A stretch of DNA of 61,095 nucleotides, filler included, from Basidiobolus ranarum (taxonomy: Eukaryota): NCBI GenBank assembly GCA_040143965.1. It is 12 parts of 12 records of this genome, joined end to end, with 100 filler letters (N's around TTAATTAATTAA, not from the genome) between each part and the next. Parts side by side here need not be neighbours in the genome. Positions count along the whole stretch, not along the records: positions 1 to 5,014 come from JASJQH010008619.1; positions 5,115 to 10,124 come from JASJQH010008620.1; positions 10,225 to 15,230 come from JASJQH010008622.1; 9 more parts are not named here. One strand, given 5' to 3'. Below the pieces are notes generated by a model. It ran no database searches. It was given only the letters and a program-made list of their open reading frames with translations, and had not been told where the DNA came from. Positions within the stretch are counted from its first letter, which is position 1. The number at the start of each line of letters is the position of its first letter. The translations under genes and the position numbers were made by a program. This document shows positions 1-10,545 of the stretch, one piece after another.

Positions 1-51
1 ATTACAAAGATCTGCAATTCCAGAGTCAGATATACTGGCAAAAAAGGTTAC
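1..51 (+). mobile_element. Short fragment of the CACTA-family second ORF
   Basis: TTACAAAGATCTGCAATTCCAGAGTCAGATATA matches copies near 32473 and 35399. Confidence 0.6.
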
Positions 52-239
52 TTTATTCTCAAGAGTATATGGTGACTTATATAGTAGAAAAGTAAATCAA
101 TTATTTGAGATATTCAGGAGTTTGTCTAATAAGATATGATAGATAAGTGGGGGTAATAAGACATACTTGTTATATAGATATAGAGATATTTCTATTTAGA
201 ATATAGGGGCTATAGACACATTGCTTTCTGTTTCTGATA

Positions 240-1060
240 TATCTATCATAACTAAAGTTAACTATGATGTTGAATAAAGATTAATTATCCAACATATTCA
301 CATTCTGTTATGTAGTTATTTTTTTGGATTTTATGCTCAAAATGGATAAATATTTAAGCTATTGAAATGGGCTTTCAAGAATATCCAACCAATTCACCCT
401 CAGAATGCAGTTACAGGTATATGATATTTGTGTACTGACTAACAAATATTGCATTTGTTTAATACATATAGTATCAATGATAGATAATAGGTTATAACTA
501 TTAGAAACAGATATTGGCAAAAATAGTGTTTGATGGTAACTCAGACATAGCATAAGATTTATAAACTATATAAATGAGCTTATTAGTCTGCTTGGAAATA
601 ACATGTGTGCTGCATATGAAATTTTGACACCTCATCATTAGACCAATAATTAATACTAGTATTAATGATAGGTTTGCATGCAGTAATTATAAAATGTTGG
701 TGTCAAATGCTTTTCCTGGTATGTAACATTTTGTAAGCTATTCTCTTTCCTCACAGAAAAGGCTTCAATTTTACCTTAAAAGCTCCTGATATTTCTGGTA
801 GAAAATGATGCAATGTCTTGAACTTTACTCAATCAACAAAATAATTAGGTGCAAATTCTAAGAGCTGACTAAGTTGAAAATATTAGAAGAATAGAGCTTG
901 CTTAGTTAGCTCTAACTTCTCATTGCAATGGGAATAAATCAGCACCAAGCATACAATCTCTGAGTTAAATCAGGGGGAATAATGTGAGATTAGCTCAGAA
1001 TCAACAATTAGAAATTGACTGCCAATAGGTAAGAAAAATGAATCAGTGATAATGACAACA
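240..1060 (-). mobile_element. Possible highly degenerate Ty3/Gypsy pol remnant
   Basis: Minus-strand traces in Gypsy order: DCMLGADLF (protease-like), LCLSYHQ..SNSYNLLSIID (RT-like), TECEYVG; CpG-depleted. Matches are weak. Confidence 0.3.
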
Positions 1061-2856
1061 AGTTGCTTTCATAGCTTTCCATTTTTGAATAATCTTATGG
1101 AAAGCTTAAATGTTAATGACTTACTAACTGCAAAGCAGGAAATCATAAAATTAGATCACATGATATATTAAGCTGAGATTTGACATGCTTGCTAATTTTT
1201 ATAATGTAATTGAAAGAATGAAAGAAACTTGGAAGTAGTTTTGTGAGCTTTAGGTAGGTTTATGCTCTCATTTGTATTTTTAAATATATAACTGAAGAAA
1301 GATTTTTTGAAAGTTTGTTAGAAGTGTTTTGGAGAACTGGAAGTATTGCTTGTTTGCACTTATTGGACTTGTTCCATGTGAAAGTGCCAGATTGCAATGT
1401 ATATATTGCATTGGCTAAAGTACTCTAAAATAAATTTGGCACAATTTGGCATCCTGTAGCAATATCAGTTTCATTCAAAATATCCCTGGTATATTGTGCC
1501 AAAATCCAATACGTACATGTGCAGTTACAACATTCCATTGAGTTGAAAGTTGACATTTTAGTTTTGTTAGAATACTACCAACCATGGGGATTTGATAAGA
1601 ATAGTCTTGGCAATATGTGTTAAAGATTTGGGGCTTCTAGCACAAACTGGTTTAAGTATTATAAGTAAATTTCAAATGAGAGTAGTGCATGATACCTTTG
1701 TTCAAAGTATATTAACTAAATAATAAGCTATATACCACTTCCAACAGGCTCCCAAATGCTTTAACATATATAACTATGGAGGTGTGTAGGCTATACTTAT
1801 TTCAACAGACAAGTATGAGAAATAAACTATAAAGTTCTGTTCAGAGCACCTTTGGAGTGAAATAAGATAGCATGAGGTTGATGAGAAAACTATTGATATT
1901 TCAAGTTTAACATTGCTAGTAAATAAAACCTCTGAGTGCTAGTTTGTATAACTCAAGGTCATTGATTTTCATTCTGGGATGATCCACATATTTACAAAAT
2001 ATATATCACAAGTTACAGCCAAAGCAATATGCAGCCAAAAAGGGCTGATAACTTATAAGTGATATATGAAAATAATTTGAGTATATTCAATGTGTCAGTA
2101 GTGTGTCTTTTTGAGACTAAGAGTTTGGGTTATTGAAATTTCTTTGTTTCAGGTAGAACACTTACCTTATTGGTACTGGTTAATAATGAGATTTTAGATA
2201 CTGGATGGTTTGAATTGGTGAATTTTTATCAATGAGTATAGGAATAGTACAGTAGTATTTGAACATAACTGGTTAAAATAATGCTAAATCAGCTAAATCA
2301 GGAATTGTAATCATTTTATATTTTCCAACAACTATAATTTCCTCATTCTCTTGAATTCATTAATGATGTTCCATATGTAACACTTGTTGATTATATGGTA
2401 TTTACTATACACACTGCTAGTTAGATTGAAACCATCGGAATCATATGATTAAGAACTTTCCAATATAATAAGTCGGAGCTCTTCAAGTCAGATCATACTC
2501 AATTCAATCTGTACACTGGTTAGTTCCTAACTCGACTCATGGTAGTGAGAATTCAATGGTTAAATAGGGTTAAAAATTAAGCATGAATTTTAATTAAAAA
2601 CAAGTGGGGAGCAGTTATATCATGAGACCTTGGGTACAATCGAGAATGTTCTCATTAAAATCTTCCCAAAGTTTCAGGCTTATGATTCCTTGTTGGAAGA
2701 AAATTTCAAAACTATTACATATCGTAGTCGGATGTGATCAGGGGAGGAGGTACAGCGGGCCAAAGAACCATGAAGGTCAATCAAATGCGCCCATGGAGAA
2801 GGAAAACAGACAGAAAGAGGAAGGAGGAGGGAGAGGAGAAGGGTTAAGGGTTAAGG

Positions 2857-3540
2857 CTACTCTATAGAATCAAAGATGTTTTTGGAAATCTCATCGTAAT
2901 TAAAGTAATTGGAGATTTTTATGCTGTAAATATGTTTACCGTTGGATACAACAGACACCGAAGCTCCGAATGTCTTTTCCAAATACTTGATCACTATCTC
3001 TTTAGCTGGGGATCGAATGATTTGATAACCATGATTTAAGCGGCTCATGGTCTTCTCCTCTATCTCATGATCCACTGAACCTAACCATATCTTGTGAGCG
3101 CCACCACGATTAAGTATGATACATACATTGGAGCTGAATATCTCCACCGCTTGGAACATAATCTCCACTACCACATCCAAGAATTGCTTTAACACCAGGC
3201 TCGCTTTGGAGTTGAGTTCATCGGCCACCGATTGGGATGGAACCGCCCAGAAGTTTACGATCTGATCGAAGGAGTCCACATTCTTTGGTCTATGAATTGG
3301 CTTTCCAGTTCGATGAAATTCCAAGATTCGATCAAACCATTGAGGGTTGTAATCAATAAAGTACTCCCCTTCCCCGTTAGGTTTGGTGATGGACTGATTA
3401 TGTTGGGCGAACATTCTACCTAACATGGTGTCAGGTTGACTTCTCAATGTCCCTAGAGTGGTAACGAACTTCACTCCACCCACGTTGAGAATGATGGGTG
3501 ACTCCTTGGCTTCCTTTGATGTTGGTTCAGTGGAACTCAT
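2857..3540 (-). CDS. KCTD-type BTB/POZ domain protein, 227 aa, intronless
   Basis: IILNVGGVKFVTTLGTL...TMLGRMF...EYFIDYNPQWFDRILEFHRTG is the BTB_2 (T1-type) signature; ATG-to-TAG ORF. Confidence 0.88.
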   Translation of the reverse strand: MSSTEPTSKEAKESPIILNVGGVKFVTTLGTLRSQPDTMLGRMFAQHNQSITKPNGEGEYFIDYNPQWFDRILEFHRTGKPIHRPKNVDSFDQIVNFWAVPSQSVADELNSKASLVLKQFLDVVVEIMFQAVEIFSSNVCIILNRGGAHKIWLGSVDHEIEEKTMSRLNHGYQIIRSPAKEIVIKYLEKTFGASVSVVSNGKHIYSIKISNYFNYDEISKNIFDSIE

Positions 3541-5014
3541 CGGTGCTAATTAGCTATTGGAAAACTTCCCCCCGCTTCCCAAGTATTTATTCATAAGCAA
3601 GAATCTTGATCGCTCCCCCGTCTCGTAGACAATCAATCGTAGCCACCGTGCATTCTGAATGTCCTTCAAGTTGATCGGAATTCTACCGACCTCACGTGGG
3701 AAACACCAACAGTCGAGTGCAGATATAAGCTGTACTGCTCGAACGTTTTATCTGTGTTGAAAGAGGGGAGTGGGTGGGATAAAATTCACTCCACTACTCC
3801 TACCTGTAGTTAGATGGTTGGAATAGCATCACTAATATTGATATTGATATTGCTATGCAGCAAGTAATATTATGCATCCAGTAACAACTTGACCGTAAAT
3901 CAACTCAAGTCAGCCAATCAGCAGGATGGGCTGATTGAACAACAAGGAATTCCGGAATTACCCCACCCATCATTGGCCATTTTGGTTAAAGCAGTTTGAG
4001 GTTGTATCACTTCCAGGTCTCCCCTCTTGCGTTCATACAGTGTTGTCGTCTTCATTGGCAGATCTTCTGAAAGGAGTGGATACTATCAGCTTTGGAGTAA
4101 ATGCTGGATATATCAGCCTAGTCAGATCCAGTTGTGACTGGATTACTGGCGGTCATGGTGAGAATCATTTCAGCCGGTGATTTTTGGAGAAGGCTGGGGC
4201 TGATGAAGAGCTAGACCCACTATGCTAGTTGGTAACTGGAGTTAACCTGCTTCATTGATCTGGTTTGCTGGAACAAAGTATGTATTGCAGTTAAGCTACT
4301 GGGACATGATCTGCTAGTGGGCCTATCGCAGTATCTTAATAGCAGTCTCGGATATGAACATGCTTGAGATGTTGCACAGAATATCGATTGAACACTATCG
4401 CTTTCAATGTGCTGTGAGAACAAGGGAGGCTGAAATTTGTCAGAGTGACCCAACCCTTGATTTCAACTCTCTACCAACCCTGGACATGCATGCTAACTAT
4501 GATGCTGAACGACATTCAAATCGATGGGACCTCTTGGGCCATCTGAAACATCCTCACATTATATGTTATTGTTTACATCAGACGCCCTGCAGTGATTCAG
4601 ATGAAACTGGTAAAAAAGAATCTAAGCTTCAGCCGCTAAACAGGTAGATTCATTATTGATTTAATGATACTAGAATGTCGCTATTCTGGATTCATTGTTT
4701 GTATGGTCATGAGTCCACTCTTACTATTTAAGACAGATCCATTCAAAAAGATAGTCACATCCATGCTTTTTCTGAATCCAAATGAAACGGCTCTGAATCG
4801 AAATCCGAATCCTAATCCTCAGCCCTATTTACAGTGTTTTAATCTAAAAAGGGATGGATTAAAAAAATCAATAGACATTTCATAAAATAAATGGGACGAT
4901 CGCAAAAAATTGAAGATAAGCTCAGACACATGGCAAAAGAAACTTACTCTGTATTAAATGTTTAGTGTAGCGATAATCACACAGGATGGTTTGCTTTTTG
5001 AGTTTATCGACTGC

Positions 5015-5114
5015 NNNNNNNNNNNNNNNNNNNNNNNNNNNNNNNNNNNNNNNNNNNNTTAATTAATTAANNNNNNNNNNNNNNNNNNNNNNNNNNNNNN
5101 NNNNNNNNNNNNNN
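5015..5114. other. Artificial contig linker, first of 11 (others start at 10125, 15231, 20335, 25438, 30538, 35637, 40733, 45828, 50919, 56008)
   Basis: Same 100-nt N-run/TTAATTAATTAA/N-run each time (stops in all six frames); intervening segments shrink monotonically from 5014 to 4988 bp. Confidence 0.98.
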
Positions 5115-5115
5115 A

Positions 5116-5463
5116 ACTGGTACGATTTCTTTAGCCAGCGATGCTAGCGGTATCAGTGGCTACCCTATCGTATATCCAGAGTTCAATCAGTGTGCCAATA
5201 TTGACCCTGTTGAGAACAATGGCGGCTTTGCCCTTAACTGGCCTACTGAGGCTATCTACTGCTTTTATAGCGAGTCCAACTGTGTTGGAGAGCGTGTATG
5301 TATGATCCCATATGGCCCTGGATCCGAATATAACACAATCATCCCTGCTACCGAAAATATGATTAAGAACGGACTTCGCAGTAGTGTGGCGTTGCCAATG
5401 AAGCCAGCAAATGGCTATAAGGCTCCATTTACCATGAATCCTTTCGAGAACATTGACTACTAG
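5116..5463 (+). CDS. 3' part (115 codons) of a small Cys-containing protein, missing from the ORF track; 5' end cut by contig edge
   Basis: Open frame TGTISLASDASGISGYPIVYPEFNQCANIDP...AIYCFYSESNCVGERVCMIP...FENIDY* with gene-like GC and codon use. Confidence 0.7.
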   Translation, partial: TGTISLASDASGISGYPIVYPEFNQCANIDPVENNGGFALNWPTEAIYCFYSESNCVGERVCMIPYGPGSEYNTIIPATENMIKNGLRSSVALPMKPANGYKAPFTMNPFENIDY

Positions 5464-6589
5464 ATTATTATACGTGTTGTATCCAAATCCATATTAATTG
5501 CTCAATAAATTTAGACTTACATCCACTTTGTATCTTTCTCTGGCTTGGTTGATCTCTAAGTTCCACATGGCCAGTCTTGCAGGATAGTTTGTCGCAATTG
5601 CAACATTCAACACAGCCAATGAAAATTCGGGGTAGAGAGCTTTATTGACAGCGGCTTGTTTGCCTGTAATGAGCCACCACAACCAGGTTTGACTGTTGAG
5701 TTTCACTGGTGCTTTTAAAGCGTCGTCTTTCAATAAAGGTATCAAGATATTCTCAGACAAAACGTCAGCAAGGATATTGAATATCAATTAATTGCAAACA
5801 ACCACGGAGATACCATACTATCAAGTTGAATTCATCTTGAATAATCTAAACCCTTAAGATTTTACAAACTGGTAAAAAGGGCATTCATATCAAAACCTTG
5901 TGCCTACATAGCGTATTCTATGAGTTAATACTGCAAAATCCAACAAATAGTAGCAACGCTTTTCTCGTACTCATTGAATCAATAATTGAAAACATACTGT
6001 TAGTAACATGGCAGCGATGGCCAGAAATAAGCTATAAGAGACTTCTCGAAGTATTAGGTGTACAGTTCTACATTCAACATTCATAGAAACATGTCGTGCT
6101 CGTCTCACATAAACTTGTATCCAAAAACTATTACATAACCTTTAATCCATACCAGTAAGGATAGTATTATACCTGTGATGCGACACCTGGTAAAGTTATG
6201 GATCTGCACAGCAAAAACACGATGTTGAAGGGTAGTAACAATAACAGTTACCCAAGGCTGAAGGTTTTGAATACGTGATATTTTTAGGAAATCTGAACGT
6301 TATAGTTGTGCATGCCATATCGTATTTTGATATAAACATTGACTAAAGCACAATGTAAACTTCGTATCAGGAAAATCATTAAGCAAGCCGCATTTCGGAC
6401 CATTCATTTCCGGATCCGCACCCAATGATCTGATGATAAAGCACCCACGCTTCTAATTCTAGGATGGACTATTTGCTTTGGTGTATAGACCAGCGGGTAA
6501 ATGGAAAACCAGGCAACAAAGACATCAACAAATTTAGTATAAAATGCCCTCATGCCACTGCCATGGCCACGGATTGAACTTCAGTAAAC

Positions 6590-6735
6590 ATGGCATTCTA
6601 CATCAGGTGAAAAAAAAAGTAGCAGACAAGTTCTCTAACCAAATCGATGGAAAGTTTATTTTATTGACTGGTGCTACATGAGGAGGGCTTGGTGCTGAGA
6701 CTGTTCGTATTCTTTCCAAACATTCAAAACTTTCA
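6590..6735 (+). pseudogene. Short-chain dehydrogenase/reductase N-terminal fragment
   Basis: VADKFSNQIDGKFILLTGAT*GGLGAETVRILSKH is a TGxxxGxG-like Rossmann start with an in-frame TGA; frame broken near the ATG; TATAAAA about 50 bp upstream; no continuation. Confidence 0.65.
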
Positions 6736-7408
6736 TCCTTTCAATGGTAATTTGTAACTGTTGCAATTATTGACTTAACGGGGTAACCTAAGCCATGTGT
6801 TCTACCCACGAAAGTATCCACATAGAATATGAGAGGATAAAATTCAACAATGAAAATAATCAGACACCATCAACTATGCAACCTTCGATAATTTTCCCAG
6901 CATTTTCATAAAACATGGAGAATTAAGAGTACCTTGCTTTCACCGTAATTGTATGGAAGTATTAATCGATGGATCTTGCGGTAAAAATGTTGAGTGCAGA
7001 AGGTCTTCCTGTTAGTGATTTTTTATCGGGGTTTGGAAAATTGGAGCACAAGTGCTTAGATCCTGATTGCGTTAATGGTACCATCACTGAAATAACAAAG
7101 TATTACGGTGATCATTATGGATTTACACTCACGTCATACTGGATACCGATTGATGTCATTTACAATATGGTAACAATATCTTGAAGTATGACATCAGTAA
7201 TAACATGGCTGATAAGATGTTTGGTTGGATGATAGTTTCTGTTCAAGGACCCTCACAGTGAGTGTCAATGGTCTAAGCTAAGGATTTCTCTCTTTCAGAA
7301 CATAATTATGAAGTGGTACAACAAGATCATTTACCGGGTGCAGAAGAAACTTTTATTATTATTCAATTTAGAAAACAATATTCTGTACAACTCGGAATTT
7401 TCAATAAT

Positions 7409-7774
7409 TTAATCGTATTGACGACCAGAACGAGGATGGCTCTGTTGACCATTTCTGCGGGAGATTCCATTTTCATATTCGCTATCATGCTCGTCTTGAC
7501 GCTCATAGTGAGAGTGAAGATAGCTTTGTTGGCCATCTCTGCTCGAGATACCGCGTTCATATTTGTTGTCATACTCATCTTGTTCGTATTGACGGCCATA
7601 ATGAGAATGAGGATAGTTTTGTTGACCATTTCTGTCAGAGACACCGCGTTGGTATTCGTTATCATACTCATCTTGCTCGTACTGGTGGCCATAACGAGAG
7701 TTACTTTGCTGATCACATCTGCGAGTCAAACCTCTTTCGAAGCGGCTTTGTGATTGATGTTAGTTAGAAGGCAT
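7409..7774 (-). pseudogene. Hydrophilic tandem-repeat protein (93-bp/31-aa units) with TAA at codon 5
   Basis: ATG at 7774 reads MPSN*HQSQSRFERGLTRR then YGHQYEQDEYDNEYQRGVSDRNGQQNYPHSH / YGRQYEQDEYDNKYERGISSRDGQQSYLHSH and a shorter third unit. Confidence 0.6.
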
Positions 7775-8736
7775 GTTAAAAAATGTTAGTTTTACCAATT
7801 ATTAAATGAATTAATATTCAAGTGTAGTGCTATATTTATTCGCTGCTCCGTTTTATAACAAGTGGCTTAGGAGAGTGCCACGTGAAGGCTAAGCCACCAT
7901 CTTGATGGATTACTCATTAGTCAATACCCAATAATTTCATGAAGTTATTCGTATATTCTGGCATGGATGATCCAATTTCTAATATCTTCCCAATGGTACA
8001 TAGTCATATTGCTAGTATCACATTATAACATCCGATTTTTCCTTAATCATCAATGATATGTGTAGCTACATTTTATTTGCCACTGAACATTAGCGATAGA
8101 TTTAAGTCTCACGTATTTAGAGATGTCTCGCGGTGTATTTCCGTCAACCCATAGATATTTGATTCAACATATAGATTCGGGGAAAGCCTGCACCCAAAGA
8201 AGCCTATTTCAAGTCAGCATATGGATTCGTTTATCAGACTCTATGGTTCTTTTGTCTTCTTAGCCTTTCACTAGACGAACCATAACCTAAGCAAATTCTA
8301 AGGTACACAATAAATACCAGAACAATATATAAATTAAAGCTTATATTCTCATTTCTTGGTTAAAAATATGCCCCAAGTAACTCTTTGCATGGTAGAATAC
8401 TCCAGTCCCACAACATCATGGGGGCAAAGACATGTGGAGATTCATACATGAAAATTTATTCTTGGAAGGAAATCTTTACCTCCGATTTATAGTAACACTT
8501 AGTTTTCAACATGATGTAACCTAGGTGACATTACTCAATTATGAATCCCCAGGTGATATCAGATTGTTTGCTGATTGTTCTATTCTTAGAATATACATAC
8601 ATACATCTCGCGAAACTGCTGTCAGACATATTTATTCTTTCAACTCATTATGCGGTAGTTTTATAAGAAAGAGAACTTGTGTAAGTAATGGTTTATTCAA
8701 TGACGATTATTGATGGATGTATATCAGTATGTTGAA

Positions 8737-9072
8737 TTATTGAACAGTAGCAACAACCTTTATACCATCAGCAACGCATACAATTGCGCGAATGTTCAAT
8801 CCCAACGCGTTAATGCGCGCATCGATATCGGGGGAGCATTGTGTGCTTGGGTTTGGTGCCATACCGGTAGGCAACTCTTCTCCACTTCGAAGACAAACAA
8901 CTGCTGTGATTTTCACATCCAAAAAACTGATCTTAGCGTTAATATCTTCACAGCTACCAAGAGTGAGTGATGTACCAATGTTGGCATTTATCGCAGCCTT
9001 CAACGGTAATGGAGCAGCAATTGTGGAGAAAATTGCGCACAATACAGCTAATAAAGTAAGAACGAAACACAT
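8737..9072 (-). CDS. Small secreted protein, 111 aa, two Cys-bracketed repeats
   Basis: Signal-peptide-like MCFVLTLLAVLCAIFSTIAAP; repeats CEDINAKISFLDVKITAVVCL and CSPDIDARINALGLNIRAIVCV; TATAAATA about 60 bp upstream. Confidence 0.78.
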   Translation of the reverse strand: MCFVLTLLAVLCAIFSTIAAPLPLKAAINANIGTSLTLGSCEDINAKISFLDVKITAVVCLRSGEELPTGMAPNPSTQCSPDIDARINALGLNIRAIVCVADGIKVVATVQ

Positions 9073-9957
9073 GATCGCGAAGTTGGTATTTGAAGTGTGA
9101 TTGCTAGAAACTATTTTTATTTGCTATTTATACCAACATCAAGATGTAGGGTTAGGGTCAGTAGACCCGGTAGAGCTAAACGGAAATTCATTGAAATGAT
9201 GACTGAAATGGTAGTATAATTAAATCATGCACATGCCCACTTTTAATTCAGTTCAGGATACCTCTACTTCTACCTTTCGACATGTTTAGAATGTTGCTTC
9301 CATTCTCTTATGCAAGCTGTTAGGCAACAGCTTAAGGTTGATTCTGTATCTTCCTCTACTTGAGACTTAGTATGCAATGGATGAACGTCGTGATAAGTAA
9401 ATTGGTAATATTAAATTGATAACATATACTAGTTTAATTATGAGTGTTTTACATTGATAATACTTACTAGTTGAATTATGAATTTTGGTGAACTACTTCT
9501 TGTTTGCAACCTCCTGCGTCTTGTAGTTATCACGAAGATCATATGCGACTCTTGTCTGTGCGGATTCAATATATTGCTGAGATACTAACATCGAAGCATA
9601 TTACATGCGTTTCAACATTCCTTTGTCTCAAAGATATATATTAATTCATCATAACATACTTGAGAATCAATCTGTCCAAAACCCTGCCAAATCTTAACCA
9701 CAGATGGGGACAAATTTCTTGGATAATCTCTTCATATATGTATGTCACCCGCATTAATGTGGAGAAGTTGATGTCATACATTAATTTTGTTAAAATATAG
9801 GTGATTTAACTTGGAAACTGTAGGAATTCAGGGATTAAAACAAGTCGTTATACTTCTTTACACTTTTAATTGTGTTTTCGCAAGTATAAAATTAACTAAG
9901 ATTTTGACCAGAAATATATTATTCGACTTGATTGCTAGCGATTATCAACTCATTAAC

Positions 9958-10124
9958 ATGAAAGTTACACTTATTGCTTCTTTGCTCTTCCTTGGTACTG
10001 TAGCTTCTTTATGAACTTACAATGTTGGTAGTTCTGGTGGAGGTCACAGTGTCGAAGATTACGATAGAGGTCATCCCGGTGGTAAAGAAACTGACTACCA
10101 ACACGCTGGGTCGGATGGAGGTAT
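9958..10124 (+). pseudogene. Secreted Gly-rich protein 5' end with in-frame TGA after the signal peptide; cut by contig edge
   Basis: MKVTLIASLLFLGTVASL*TYNVGSSGGGHSVEDYDRGHPGGKETDYQHAGSDGG; TATAAAA near 9885. Confidence 0.6.
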
Positions 10125-10224
10125 NNNNNNNNNNNNNNNNNNNNNNNNNNNNNNNNNNNNNNNNNNNNTTAATTAATTAANNNNNNNNNNNNNNNNNNNN
10201 NNNNNNNNNNNNNNNNNNNNNNNN

Positions 10225-10545
10225 TGCAGAAAGTGGCTTCAGAAGAAGAACATTCAACTTGACATTCAGTCTGGTGTTGACCATGCAGATATCTGGGAAG
10301 AACTCAATACAGAGTGGCACTATATTGCAGGGTATTCACCAGATAGCTGGCAGAATGTTGATTCAGCAACGTTGATACAATGGTGGGCTTTGATGGAGAT
10401 ATTGACACAAACTTGTGTTGGGTATGTGCTAAACCTTGGGTATGACGAACTCTATAAAAATATTCAGGAGAATATATCAAAGAGACTAGGGATTTCAAAG
10501 GTGACAAATTAGTGTTCAAGCGGTAATTGTGTAAAATTTGAGTTA
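10225..10545 (+). mobile_element. CACTA-family ORF2 C-terminal fragment
   Basis: CRKWLQKKNIQLDIQSGVDHADIWEE matches 16774-17090 and 32815-33130. Confidence 0.75.

Noticed and set aside
2841-2856. Telomere-like GGGTTAAGGGTTAAGG (also TAGGGTTAGGG near 9147)
   Set aside because: Only about two units, internal to contigs.
3935-4885. Several short ORFs, possible transposase remnant
   Set aside because: No motif I could support.
5059-5070. TTAATTAATTAA as a biological repeat or CRISPR-like unit
   Set aside because: Always centred in N runs; it is a six-frame stop linker.
7313-7753. 146-aa hydrophobic membrane-like ORF
   Set aside because: Most simply the antisense of the hydrophilic repeat frame; starts at GTG. 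Not fully excluded.
9958-10124. Alternative genetic code explaining in-frame stops
   Set aside because: All three stop codons end intact genes in this window.
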